Below, piece by piece: positions 29,510 through 39,300 of a DNA stretch of 64,000 bases. Location: NCBI GenBank assembly GCA_963755025.1, contig CAVWIH010000027.1, positions 23,068 through 87,067 on the forward strand. The letters run 5' to 3'. How positions within the stretch are numbered: the stretch's first letter is position 1; each line of letters starts with the position of its first letter. The notes beneath the pieces are model-generated. The model was not told the origin of the DNA. It searched no databases and worked only from the letters and a program-made list of their open reading frames with translations. Made by a program: the position numbers and the translations under genes. The DNA is from an uncultured Actinomycetes bacterium (lineage in GTDB: Bacteria; Actinomycetota; Thermoleophilia; UBA2241).

Positions 29510-30607
29510 GTGGCCGCGCCCGTGACGCGCAAGCTCTGCCTGCTCGGCTTCGGCAACGTCGGCCGGCGCTTCTGCGAGCTCGTGGCGCGCACGGGCGACG
29601 AGCTCGCCCGCGACCACGGTCTGCGCGTCGCCTTCACCGCCGTGGGCACCCGCTCGCACGGCAGCCTGCTGGCGCGCGACGGCCTGTCGGCCGCCGAGGT
29701 GCTCGCCGCGGCCGGCTGCGACCGGTCGGCCGGCGCGGGCGCCGGGCAGACCGGCGCGGGCGCCCCACCGGCCGGGCCGGCGGCGTTTCCCGACCCCGCG
29801 CGACCCGGCGCCGAGCTGGCGGCCGCCAGCGGCGCCGACGTGCTGGTCGAAGCGACCCCGCTCGACCCCCGCGGCGGCGCGGCGGCCATCGCCCACCTCG
29901 AAGCCGGGCTCACTCGGGGCATGGACGCGATCACCGTCAACAAGGGACCCATCGCCTGGGACTACCGGCGCCTCACCGAGCTCGCCGCGGCGCACGGCCG
30001 GCGCCTGCTGTTCGAGGGCGCGGTCATGGACGGCTGCCCGGTCTTCAGCCTCTTCCGCTCGTGTCTGCCCGACTGCCGGCTGCTCGGCTTCGACGCGGTG
30101 TTCAACTCGACCACGAACTACATCCTCGACGCGATGGGCGAGGGCGGCGGCTTCGCCGCCGCCCTCGCCCAGGTGCAGGCCGCGGGCTACGCCGAAGCCG
30201 ATCCCGCCCACGACATCGACGGCCACGACGCCGCCGCCAAGACGGTCGTCCTGGCGAACGTGCTGATGGGCGCCTCGCTCACGCCCGACGACGTGCCCAA
30301 GGACGGCATCGCCGGCGTGAGCGCCGCGCGGGTGACGGCGGCGCGGGCCGCCGGACGACGGCTGCGCGTCGTCTGCTCGGCGCGCCGCGGCGCAGCCGAC
30401 GGCGCCTTCGAGCACGTACGAGCAGCCGTGCGCCTCACCGAGCTTGCGCCGGAGCACCCCCTGTACGCGGCCGGCGGCTCGACCCTGTCGGTGCTGCTGC
30501 ACACCGACCTCATGGGCACGCTGCAGATCGCCGAGCACGATGCCCTGCCCGAACAGACGGCCTACGCCATCTACGCCGACCTGCTGGCCATCCACGAGCG
30601 ACGGTAG
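29510..30607 (+). CDS. Homoserine dehydrogenase, short form without ACT domain
   Basis: GFGNVG, TVNKGP, FEGAVMDGCP, NSTTNYIL, GYAEADP, DIDGHDAAAK. Confidence 0.85.
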   Translation: MAAPVTRKLCLLGFGNVGRRFCELVARTGDELARDHGLRVAFTAVGTRSHGSLLARDGLSAAEVLAAAGCDRSAGAGAGQTGAGAPPAGPAAFPDPARPGAELAAASGADVLVEATPLDPRGGAAAIAHLEAGLTRGMDAITVNKGPIAWDYRRLTELAAAHGRRLLFEGAVMDGCPVFSLFRSCLPDCRLLGFDAVFNSTTNYILDAMGEGGGFAAALAQVQAAGYAEADPAHDIDGHDAAAKTVVLANVLMGASLTPDDVPKDGIAGVSAARVTAARAAGRRLRVVCSARRGAADGAFEHVRAAVRLTELAPEHPLYAAGGSTLSVLLHTDLMGTLQIAEHDALPEQTAYAIYADLLAIHERR

Positions 30608-30616
30608 CGGCGCGGC

Positions 30617-30708
30617 GAGCGCGAAAGGGGCGAGCGGCCCGCGGGCGGCCCGTCGAGCGCGAAAGGAGCGGGCGGCCCGTCGAGCGCGAAAGGAGCGAGC
30701 GGCCCGGC
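30617..30708. repeat. Intergenic 27-bp-unit repeat, about 3 copies, between convergent genes
   Basis: GAGCGCGAAAGGRGCGRGCGGCCCG at about 30617, 30655 and 30682. Confidence 0.8.
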
Positions 30709-30736
30709 CGCCACGAGCGGCACGGGCCCGGGCGCG

Positions 30737-31591
30737 CTACTCGGCGTTGGCCAGGGCCGTGCGGAACCGCAGGACCGCCGCCGTGTTCCAGTCGACGTGG
30801 TCGTTGCGCGCCCCCGTCAGGTCTTTGAACTGCGCCGCGTCGTTGGCCATGGCGTGGCCGATGACGTTCTCCGAGCTGATGTCGTAGGTCGCCTGCAGCC
30901 AGGCGACGAGGCGCAGGCCGGCGGCGACCTGCCGGGGGCGCGCGAAGATCTGCGCGATCGCCTGCGCGGGGCCGGAGGCCGCCGGCTGCACGAACTCTAT
31001 GCCGATGGCGCACCAGTCGAGGCCCACGGTGTGCCGGGCGCGCACGTCGAGCGGCACCTGCTGGTAGATGGTGCCGTTTTCGTCGATCACGAAGTGGGCG
31101 GCGACGCCCGGCAGCTCGCCGAGCGCCGGCGCGTTCGAGGCGAACGTATTGTGGGCGGCGGCGTAGGTGGAGGTCGCCGTGTAGTGCAGCACGATGACCT
31201 GGGGGTGCAGCACCCAGGTGTCCTGCCCGTAGTGGCGCTTGCTGAAGGCCGCCATCTCGGCCCTGCGCTGCGGGCCGTAGGGCACGAGGTCCTGGACGAT
31301 CGGGGGCGCGGTCACGCGCGCGTCGCCCGACGGACTCGCGCCCGCGACCGCGCCGTTCGCCGCGCCGGTACCCGAGGGCGAAACGCTCGCCGTCGGTGAG
31401 GCGGCAGGCGAGGCGCTCGGGCTCACCGGGGCGAGCGATGCGCCGGCCACAGGGGGCGAGCTCGCCGTCGCCGCACCGTGCCAGGGCCGCCAGACCAGCG
31501 CGGCGACAGCCAGGCCGACGATCACGACGACGATCAGCGCGACGCGGCGCCGGTGACGCCGGCGCCTGCGCGAGTCTTCGCGCCGCTCCAT
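30737..31591 (-). CDS. Membrane-anchored N-acetylmuramoyl-L-alanine amidase (Amidase_2)
   Basis: TM and Ser/Pro linker, then IVLHYTA, AHFVIDENGTIYQ, ARHT, IGIEF, VIGH. Confidence 0.82.
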   Translation of the reverse strand: MERREDSRRRRRHRRRVALIVVVIVGLAVAALVWRPWHGAATASSPPVAGASLAPVSPSASPAASPTASVSPSGTGAANGAVAGASPSGDARVTAPPIVQDLVPYGPQRRAEMAAFSKRHYGQDTWVLHPQVIVLHYTATSTYAAAHNTFASNAPALGELPGVAAHFVIDENGTIYQQVPLDVRARHTVGLDWCAIGIEFVQPAASGPAQAIAQIFARPRQVAAGLRLVAWLQATYDISSENVIGHAMANDAAQFKDLTGARNDHVDWNTAAVLRFRTALANAE

Positions 31592-31780
31592 GCGTTCACC
31601 ACGTTCCCCGGGCCGCCGTTCATGTGAAAAGAAGTCACTCACGCGCTGTCGGTCCTCACGGTCGTCGTCTTTGCGCTGCCTGCGGTGCGCCGTTTTCCTC
31701 TCAAAGGTACACGGCCCAGGCCGCTCGCGCACGTCTGAGCGGCGACTGTTGCGCTTCCGGCCCTGCGCTGCAGCCCGCCG

Positions 31781-32614
31781 TCAGACGATCAGGGCGAGCA
31801 GGCTGATGCCGGCCAGCGTGCAGGCGATGCCGACCCACTGCTGCGGCCGCGGCCGTTCGTGCAGGAAGGCGACGCCCAGGATCACCGCAAACGTGCCGAA
31901 CTGGGTGGCGGTGACCGCCGCCACGGTGAGCGGGCCCATGGCCAGGGCGAGAGTGGCGCAGACGAGCCCGCCGAGCTCGAGCAGGCCGGCGCCCGCCGCC
32001 GTGGGGCGCAGCGCGCGGGGCAGGGCAAAGCCGCCGGAGAGCAGCGCGACCGGCAGCGCGATGGCCAGCGAGACCGAGCGCGAGATGGCCGCCTGCGAGA
32101 GCCAGCTGATGTCGTGGGCGTAGCCGTACGACACCAGGACGCAGGCAAACAGCGCGCCCGAGGCCAGCGCCCAGGGCACGCCTTTGGCCGTCTTGGCGCG
32201 GCCCTCGATCGAGGCCAGCACGGCGCCGCCGGCACAGAGCGCGAGCGCCAGACCGATGAGCGGGGTGACGCGCTGGCCGAGCGCCACGAAGACGACCGCG
32301 GCATAGGCGCCCTGCAGGGCGTTCAGCGCGCTGATCAGGCCCAGGTCGCCGCCGCGCAAGCCGCGCAACAGGCAGAAGAAGGCGCCGAAGTAGGTCACGC
32401 CGGCGACGGCCGCCATGCCGGCGGCGCGCCACTGCGCGCCGCCGCTCGGCAGCCCGTCGACCAGCAACGCGATGGGCACGATGATGACGGCGCCGGCGAG
32501 CAGTACCCAGACCACCTGCGTGAGGGCGCGCGCCGCGCGCGCGACCCGCTGCGAGAACAGGTCGCTGGTGGCGTAGGAAAACGCCGAGCCGAGGCCGACG
32601 AGGATGGTGAGCAC
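31781..32614 (-). CDS. EamA/DMT family transporter
   Basis: About ten TMs, FLHERP motif; leaderless-type TAGACT 7 nt upstream. Confidence 0.85.
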   Translation of the reverse strand: MLTILVGLGSAFSYATSDLFSQRVARAARALTQVVWVLLAGAVIIVPIALLVDGLPSGGAQWRAAGMAAVAGVTYFGAFFCLLRGLRGGDLGLISALNALQGAYAAVVFVALGQRVTPLIGLALALCAGGAVLASIEGRAKTAKGVPWALASGALFACVLVSYGYAHDISWLSQAAISRSVSLAIALPVALLSGGFALPRALRPTAAGAGLLELGGLVCATLALAMGPLTVAAVTATQFGTFAVILGVAFLHERPRPQQWVGIACTLAGISLLALIV

Positions 32615-32775
32615 GGGCGCTAGTCTACAGGAGCAGCGTGAGGCGGCCGACAGGCCGCCCCGCGCCGTCGCGCGCGGTCGGGCCGCGCCCGCCGCCGCGC
32701 CTCGTCAGGCTGCGCTCGTCGCCCCGCGCTTCCGGGCTCCGCCCGGCGCGCGGCGCGCCCTCGCCCGCGCGCCGT

Positions 32776-33991
32776 CTAGCAGACCACTGGCCGGCAGACG
32801 AGGCTGTCGGCGTAGCGGCGCTGCGAGAGGTCGGCGTGCTTGGCGACGATGGTATCGGCGAGGCGGTCGAGCGCCTCGTAGTCGGCGGCGCGCGGCAGGC
32901 CCTTGACCATGACCGGCTCGAGGAACTCGACCTTGAGGCGGCCGAGGAGCTCCTGGATGGTCTCGACCGTTTTGCCGGCCCAGCCGTAGGAGCCGATCAC
33001 CGTGGCGTATTTAGCCCGCGGGCGCAGCGCGTTGGCCAAAAAGGCGGCGCTGGCGGCCAGCGGGTGCGGCCCAGTGAGCACGGTCGGCGTGCCCAGCACG
33101 ATGGTGCCGGCGTGCACCAGCGAGGTCGCGAGGTCGCCGGCGTCGAGCGTGGTCAGGTCGAAGCGCTCGACCGTGACGCCGCGCTCGGTGAGCGCCATGA
33201 TGAGGTGGTCGACCATGAGGCGCGTGCTGTCGTGCATCGACACAAAGGGCAGGCAGACGATGTTCTGGGGCTCGCCGCCGGCCCAGTCGCGGTAGGCGTC
33301 GATGATGAACGACGGGTCGTTGTACAGCGGGCCCGTGGCTGGGCCCGATGAACTCGATGGGGTACTTCGTGACCTTGTCGATGTTCTTCAGCACCTGGGG
33401 GCCGAAGGGCATCATGATCTCGGCGTAGTAGCGCTTGGCGCCGTCGAAGACTTCGTGGCGGTCGGCGAACAGGTCGCTCGTCGCCAGGTGCGAGCCGAAG
33501 AAGTCGCAGCTGAAGAGGATCTTGTCTTCGGCCAGCCAGGTGCACATGGTCTCGGGCCAGTGCACCCACGGCGTGAACACGAAGGTCAGCGTCTTGTCGC
33601 CCAGCGAGAGGGTCTCGCCGTCGGTCACGATCAGAAAGCGGGCGTCGTCGATGTGCAGGTGGTCGATCAGCAGCGCCTTGGCCTTGGCGTTGCAGACGAT
33701 GGTGAGCTCGGGGAAGCGCTCGAGCAGCAGGGGCGTGCAGCCCGCGTGATCCTGCTCGACGTGGTGGATGACCAGGTAGTCGGGCGCGGGAAGCTGGTCG
33801 AGCTGGCCGGCCAGCGTAGCCCACTTGGCCGGATCGACCGTGTCGATCAGGGCGTTCTTCTCGCTGCCCTTCACGAAGTAGGCGTTGTAGCTTGTGCCGT
33901 CGGGCAGCGGGATGAGGGCGTCGAACAGGCGCCGGTCCCAGTCGACGTGGCCAATCAGATAGACGTTGTCGCGGATCGTTCGTGCCTTCAC
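32776..33991 (-). CDS. fprA: Flavodiiron protein (FprA/A-type flavoprotein), frameshifted near 33330
   Basis: GTSYNAY, IDTVD, HHVEQDHAG, HWPET, CDFFGSH, PSHG; flavodoxin part SMHDST, GTPT, GSYGWAG in the shifted frame; TATAAT at 34034-34039 (-). Confidence 0.88.
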
Positions 33992-34190
33992 GGGTTTCAA
34001 ACCCCCATCGCAGGTGCTCGGTATCGTGCGTCGATTATAACCGCGCCGCACACCGCCGCCGGCTGCTGAGGGCCGCGCCGCACGTCGCCGCACGCTGCTG
34101 ATGACCGCGCCCCCCACATCGCCGCCCGATGCTGGCCGTGAAACGCGGAATCCCGTATCGTCTCCTGCCAGATCCGCCGAGGGAGAGAAG

Positions 34191-35825
34191 ATGAGCGACT
34201 TGATCGGGCGTACCGACTCCGCGTACGACCTTCCGCTGACCATCAACGCCATGTTCGCCGCGCCGCTCGCCAACAACCCGGAGCAGGAGATCACCTATCG
34301 CGGCCAGGTGCGCATGACCTACACCACCTTCCGCGAACGGGTCAGACGGCTCGCCGCCGCCCTGCTCGGCCTTGGCGTGAAGGCCGGCGACACCGTCGGC
34401 GTGCTCGACTGGGACAGCCATCGCTACCTCGAGTGCTTCTACGCCGTGCCCATGATCGGCGCCGTGCTGCACACCGTGAACGTGCGCCTCTCGCCCGAGC
34501 AGCTCGTCTACACGATCGATCACGCCGAAGACGACGTGCTGCTGGTCAACGGCGAGTTCCTGCCCCTGATCGAGAACGTCAAGGGCCGCATCGACACGGT
34601 CAAGAAGATCGTGCTGCTGACCGACGACGGCGCCCCCGAGACCACGCTGTCGTTCGACGGCGAGTACGAAGCGCTGCTCGCCGCGGCCGCGCCGCTCGCG
34701 TCGTTTCCCGACTTAGACGAGAACACGCGGGCCACCACGTTCTACTCGACCGGCACGACCGGCCTGCCGAAGGGCGTGAGCTTCAGCCACCGGCAGATCG
34801 TGCTGCACGCCCTCAGCTCGACCGCGACCATCTGCTCGGCGCGCGCCTGCCGCCTGTCGCGCGAAGACGTCTACATGCCGCTCACCCCCATGTTCCACGT
34901 GCACGCCTGGGGGATCCCGTACATCGCCACGATGCTGGGCATCAAGCAGGTCTACCCGGGCAAGTACGTGCCCGACGTCCTGCTCAAGTTGCTCGTGAGC
35001 GAACAGGTCACCTACTCGCACTGCGTGCCGTCGATCCTCCACATGCTGGTCACCAACCCGTCCACCGCCGCGGTCGACCTCTCGAAGTGGAAGGTGATCA
35101 TCGGCGGCGCGGCGCTGCCCCGCTCGACCGCGCTGGCCGCCCTGAAGCGCGGCGTCGACGTGGTCGTAGGCTACGGGCTGTCGGAGACCTGTCCGGTGCT
35201 CACCGTCTCCGACCTTTCGGCCGCGCAGTGCCAGCTGCCGCCCGAGGAGCAGGTGCCGCTGCGCACCCGGACCGGCACGCCGATCGCCCTCGTCGAGCTC
35301 AAGATCGTCGACGAGCAGGGCGGCGAGGTGCCGCACGACGACAAGGCCACCGGCGAGATCGTGGTGCGCGCTCCCTGGCTCACGCAGAGCTACCACAAGG
35401 ACCGCGCCAACTCCGAGAAGCTCTGGAAGGACGGCTGGCTGCACACGCAGGACATCGCCGCCTGGGACATCCACGACTCGGTGCGCATCACCGACCGCGC
35501 CAAAGACATCGTCAAGGTCGGCGGCGAATGGCTCTCGTCGCTCGAGCTCGAGGACATCCTCTCGTCGCACCCCGCCGTCGCCGAGGCCGCGGTGATCGCC
35601 CGCCCCGACGACAAGTGGGGCGAGGCGCCCCTGGGGCTGATCGTCACGCGGCCGGGACACGAGGTCACGGCCAAAGAGCTGCACGTACACGTGAAGAGCT
35701 TCATCGCCGCCGGCGTGCTGCCGCGCGAAGCGGTGCTCACCACCGTGCGCTTCGTCGAGTCGATCGACCGCACGGGGATCGGCAAGATCAACAAGGTGAC
35801 GCTGCGCGAGAAGTACCTGGACTAG
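34191..35825 (+). CDS. Fatty-acid--CoA ligase (AlkK-like)
   Basis: YSTGTTGLPKG, PMFHVHAWG, GYGLSET, GWLHTQD, TDRAKDIVKVGGE, KWGEAP. Confidence 0.92.
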   Translation: MSDLIGRTDSAYDLPLTINAMFAAPLANNPEQEITYRGQVRMTYTTFRERVRRLAAALLGLGVKAGDTVGVLDWDSHRYLECFYAVPMIGAVLHTVNVRLSPEQLVYTIDHAEDDVLLVNGEFLPLIENVKGRIDTVKKIVLLTDDGAPETTLSFDGEYEALLAAAAPLASFPDLDENTRATTFYSTGTTGLPKGVSFSHRQIVLHALSSTATICSARACRLSREDVYMPLTPMFHVHAWGIPYIATMLGIKQVYPGKYVPDVLLKLLVSEQVTYSHCVPSILHMLVTNPSTAAVDLSKWKVIIGGAALPRSTALAALKRGVDVVVGYGLSETCPVLTVSDLSAAQCQLPPEEQVPLRTRTGTPIALVELKIVDEQGGEVPHDDKATGEIVVRAPWLTQSYHKDRANSEKLWKDGWLHTQDIAAWDIHDSVRITDRAKDIVKVGGEWLSSLELEDILSSHPAVAEAAVIARPDDKWGEAPLGLIVTRPGHEVTAKELHVHVKSFIAAGVLPREAVLTTVRFVESIDRTGIGKINKVTLREKYLD

Positions 35826-35829
35826 CGAG

Positions 35830-35875
35830 CGGCAGGGGGCGGCGGCGGGCACAAGCCCGCCGCCGCCCCCTGCCG
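35830..35875. terminator. Perfect 21-bp GC stem-loop, likely bidirectional terminator
   Basis: CGGCAGGGGGCGGCGGCGGGC-ACAA-GCCCGCCGCCGCCCCCTGCCG between convergent genes; no U-tract. Confidence 0.75.
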
Positions 35876-35934
35876 TCACGCTCAAGGCCGGCGTACCCGC
35901 TCGGGAGGCGGCGAACTCGCCGCCGGCGAGCTCA

Positions 35935-36006
35935 TCAGGTCGAGGCCAGCAGCGCCAGCGCGACGATGAGCAGCGCGCTACCGAGCACCCACCAGCGTGT
36001 CCTCAT
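35935..36006 (-). CDS. Putative small single-TM protein (23 aa; about 41 aa to 35882 if one indel is corrected)
   Basis: MRTRWWVLGSALLIVALALLAST with GAGGGG RBS and a TATCAC -10-like element. Confidence 0.45.
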   Translation of the reverse strand: MRTRWWVLGSALLIVALALLAST

Positions 36007-36083
36007 GGTCCCCTCTTCGTCGTCTCGCCTGTGATACCGCGCCAAGGCGACGGCGAGTCGTGTTGGGGAGCGGCTTCGGTCGT

Positions 36084-37331
36084 CTACGTCTGCGGCGTGC
36101 GCTCGAGCTCGTCGGCGAGCTGCTCCACGAACAGGCCGACGTCGGTGACCACGCCGATCGTCTGAAAGCTGCCCCGGTCGGCGAGCTTGGTGACCACCGC
36201 CGGGTTGATGTCGACGCACACGGTGTGCACGGCGGCCGGCAGCAGGTTGCCGGTGGCGATCGAGTGCAGCATGGTCGAGAGCATGAGGCAGGCGCCGGCG
36301 CGCTGCGCGTAGGCGCGCATCGCGCGCTGCGCTTCGAGCACGTCGGTGATCACCTCGGGCAGCGGCCCGTCGTCGCGGATCGAACCGGCCAGCACGAAGG
36401 GCGTGCCGGTCGTCACCAGCGTGTGCATGAGGCCCGAGCGCAGCACGCCCTGGTCGACGGCGGCGGCGATGCCGCCGCAGCGGCGGATGGTGTTGATGGC
36501 CCGCAAGTGGTGCTCGTGGCCGCCGGGCGTGGGCATGCCGGTCTTCATGTCGATGCCCAGCGAGGTGCCGAAGAGGTTCGACTCGATGTCGTGCGTGGCG
36601 ACCGCGTTGCCGCCGAACAGGGCGCCCACGTAACCCGCGCGAATGAGGCGCGCGAGCTGGGCGGCCGACCCGGTGTGGACCACGGCGGGGCCGACCACCG
36701 CGATCGTCAGCTTGCCTTCGTCGCGCACGCGGCGCAGCAGGCGCGCCACCTCGCGCACGATCTGCGCCTTGGGCTTTTCGCTCGACACCGCCGAGGCCAT
36801 GAACTCGAAGGGCTGGCTTTCGCGGGGCCGCGCCAGGGGCACCACGCGAATGCCGTGGTGGCCCACGACGAAGAGCTCTCCGGCGGCCACATCGGAGAGC
36901 GGCAGGGTCTCGGCGCGGGGACCGTCGGCGCCGACCGCGGGCCGTACGCGCACGCCGCAGTCCATCTCTGGTCCCTCGACGCGCAGCCACTCGCCGTCGA
37001 GCCGCACGTAGGTCTCGAGGTTGGTCGTCGAGTAGAACTCGTCGGGGAACACGCCGTCGGCCGGCGCCGGCGCAAGCACGGCGTCTTCGGGCGCCACGGC
37101 CACGGCGCCGTGCTCCTGCACAGCCGTGAGGATCTCTTCGAGGTGCGCCCGGTCGCGGCCGTGTATGCGGATGACGGCCCGCGAGATGTCGGTCTGGGTG
37201 CGTCCCACGTCGAACGAGAGGATCTCGAACTCGCCCTCGAGGTCCATGACGTCGTCCATGATCTGGGGCACCATCAGCGAGTCGATCAGGTGGCCCTCGA
37301 TGCGTACGTCTTCGTAAGGTTTCTCAGTCAT
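36084..37331 (-). CDS. TIGR00300 / LOR-SDH family protein (ArgZ/AgrE-type ornithine cyclodeaminase domain)
   Basis: EGHLIDS, DGVFPDEFYSTTN, EMDC, FEFMASAVSSEKP, GNAVATHDIE, LAGSIRDDGPLP, TMLHSIATGN, KLADRGS. Confidence 0.88.
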   Translation of the reverse strand: MTEKPYEDVRIEGHLIDSLMVPQIMDDVMDLEGEFEILSFDVGRTQTDISRAVIRIHGRDRAHLEEILTAVQEHGAVAVAPEDAVLAPAPADGVFPDEFYSTTNLETYVRLDGEWLRVEGPEMDCGVRVRPAVGADGPRAETLPLSDVAAGELFVVGHHGIRVVPLARPRESQPFEFMASAVSSEKPKAQIVREVARLLRRVRDEGKLTIAVVGPAVVHTGSAAQLARLIRAGYVGALFGGNAVATHDIESNLFGTSLGIDMKTGMPTPGGHEHHLRAINTIRRCGGIAAAVDQGVLRSGLMHTLVTTGTPFVLAGSIRDDGPLPEVITDVLEAQRAMRAYAQRAGACLMLSTMLHSIATGNLLPAAVHTVCVDINPAVVTKLADRGSFQTIGVVTDVGLFVEQLADELERTPQT

Positions 37332-37389
37332 CGCCTGCGATTATCTCCTAACTGGCGTCGATGTCCTTGGCGGCTCGCGCGCCGGCGCT

Positions 37390-38364
37390 TCAGCCGGCGT
37401 CGCGGTCGGTCGTCCGCTCGATCGGCACGAGCGCCTCGGCGGGCGCCTCGTTCTCGGCGCCGCCCGCTCCCGGCAGCAGCTCGATCAGCAGCATGCCGCC
37501 GAAGATCAGCGACGCCCCGGTGAGCATGCGCCAGGTCACCGTGTCGAGGCCCGCGATCACGCCGGCGACGGCGGCGAAGACGCTCTCGAAGCAGAGCAGC
37601 ACGGCGGCGTGCGTCGAGCTTGTGTAGCGCTGCGCCCACGACTGGATGAAGAAGGCGTAGATGGTGCCCGAGAGCGCCGTCCAGAGGATGGCCGCCCAGG
37701 CCTGCCAGCCGAGCGCCAGCGTGAGGTGCGCCACGAACGGTGTGATGACCAGCAGGATGGCGGTCGACACGGCCATCTGCGTGACCGCCAGGGTCGAGGG
37801 CGGCACCTTGGGCGCGAAGAAGCCGGTGGTCATGATGTGCAGGCCGTAGAGCAGGGCGCCGAGCAGCGTGAGGGCGTCGCCCCAGCTCACCGTGAGGTTG
37901 CCGCGCAGCGACAGAAAGCCCAGTCCGGCGGTCGCCACGAAGGCGCCCAGCACCTGGAACCAGCCCGGCGAGCGCCGCGACACCGCCCAGTACAGGAACG
38001 GCACCATGGCCACGCTGAGCCCGGTGATGAAGCCCGACTTGCCGGGCGTCGTGTACTGCAGGCCGATGGTCTGCACGACCAGGGCGGTGAGGTAGAAGCC
38101 GCCCAGCAGGCCGCCCATACGCCACTGCGCCCGCGTCGCGCGCAGCAGCGCCCGCGGCTGGATCGCCGAGAAGATGACCGTCGCCACGACGTAGCGAAAG
38201 AGCAGGTAGACCATGGTGCCGGCCACCACGCTCTTGGCGATCGGGCTGACGGCGTCGGTGGTGCGTTCGGTGACGTGCTTGATGACCACGAAGTTGACGC
38301 CCCAGAAGACCGCCACCGAAAACAGCGCGAGGTCGGCGACGAGGGCTTTGCGGCGCGACACCAT
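37390..38364 (-). CDS. EamA/DMT family transporter
   Basis: FWGVNFVVIK, GLQYTTPGKSGFITG, GDALTL, QSWAQRYT, ESVFA. Confidence 0.9.
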   Translation of the reverse strand: MVSRRKALVADLALFSVAVFWGVNFVVIKHVTERTTDAVSPIAKSVVAGTMVYLLFRYVVATVIFSAIQPRALLRATRAQWRMGGLLGGFYLTALVVQTIGLQYTTPGKSGFITGLSVAMVPFLYWAVSRRSPGWFQVLGAFVATAGLGFLSLRGNLTVSWGDALTLLGALLYGLHIMTTGFFAPKVPPSTLAVTQMAVSTAILLVITPFVAHLTLALGWQAWAAILWTALSGTIYAFFIQSWAQRYTSSTHAAVLLCFESVFAAVAGVIAGLDTVTWRMLTGASLIFGGMLLIELLPGAGGAENEAPAEALVPIERTTDRDAG

Positions 38365-38489
38365 GGGGCCCATCCTCTCACCCGCCGCGCGGGCGGTCGA
38401 CCTTGGTCCGGCCGCGGCGACCCTGCCGACGCTGCGCGGGCGGCGCGCTGCGCAGCGCAGCGGCCGCGGCGCTGAGCGGCGCGGCGGGC

Positions 38490-39275
38490 TTACGCCGTGA
38501 AGCCGCCGTCGACCACCCAGGTACGGCCGGTCACGAAGCTCGCCTCGTCGCTTGCCAGGAACGCCACGACCGCGGCGAGCTCGGCGGGCTGCCCGATGCG
38601 TCCCAGCGGGTAGCCGTCGGCCTGCCACGACTCGTAAGCCGCGGGGTCGTCGGCGTCGGCGATCGCCTTGGCCAGCATGGGGGTGTCGAAGATCGCCGGA
38701 GAGACGCTGCAGACGCGCAGGTTGTCGGGCCCGTGGTCGATCGCCAGCGTCCGCGTGAGCATGATGACGCCCGCCTTGGCGGCGGCGTAGGCGGCTGCCC
38801 CCGGCTCGCCGTGGGTGCCCGAATCGCTCGCGATGTTGACGATCACGCCGGAGCGGCGCGGCGCCATGTGCCGGACGGCCTCGCGGCACAGGAAGAAGGT
38901 GCCCTTGAGGTTGGTGTCCATAAGCAGGTCGTAGTCGGCTTCGCTCCACTCGGCGATCGGCTTCTCGGTCCAGATGCCGGCCGAGTTGACGAGGATGTCG
39001 AGGTGGCCGTGCTGCGCGACGGCGTCGGCGAAGAGACGCTCGCACTCGGCGGTGCGGGCGACGTCGCCCAGCACGGTCGAGAAGAGCGCCCCGTCAAAGC
39101 CGGCGTCGCCGGCGATGGCGGCCGCGCGCGCCGCGACCGCGTCGCAGCGTCCCTCGTCGCGGCCGCCCACGGCGACCGACACGCCCTCGGCCGCGAGGCG
39201 GCACACGACCGCTTCGCCGAGGCCCGACGACCCGCCGGTGACGAGCGCCGTCCTGCCCGCAAGACCCTTCAACAT
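38490..39275 (-). CDS. Short-chain dehydrogenase/reductase
   Basis: TGGSSGLG, VNSAG, NIAS, YAAAK, VDGG. Confidence 0.92.
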   Translation of the reverse strand: MLKGLAGRTALVTGGSSGLGEAVVCRLAAEGVSVAVGGRDEGRCDAVAARAAAIAGDAGFDGALFSTVLGDVARTAECERLFADAVAQHGHLDILVNSAGIWTEKPIAEWSEADYDLLMDTNLKGTFFLCREAVRHMAPRRSGVIVNIASDSGTHGEPGAAAYAAAKAGVIMLTRTLAIDHGPDNLRVCSVSPAIFDTPMLAKAIADADDPAAYESWQADGYPLGRIGQPAELAAVVAFLASDEASFVTGRTWVVDGGFTA

Positions 39276-39300
39276 CGCACTCCCTCTCTCTCTTCAGCCT

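Noticed and set aside
30617-30708. CRISPR array (also considered 43621-43710 and 11377-11490)
   Set aside because: Units are directly tandem with no unique spacers, and no cas genes are present.
35932-35937. Tandem TGA-TGA read-through in the small ORF
   Set aside because: The read-through frame is Arg-rich nonsense; a double stop or a single indel explains it better.
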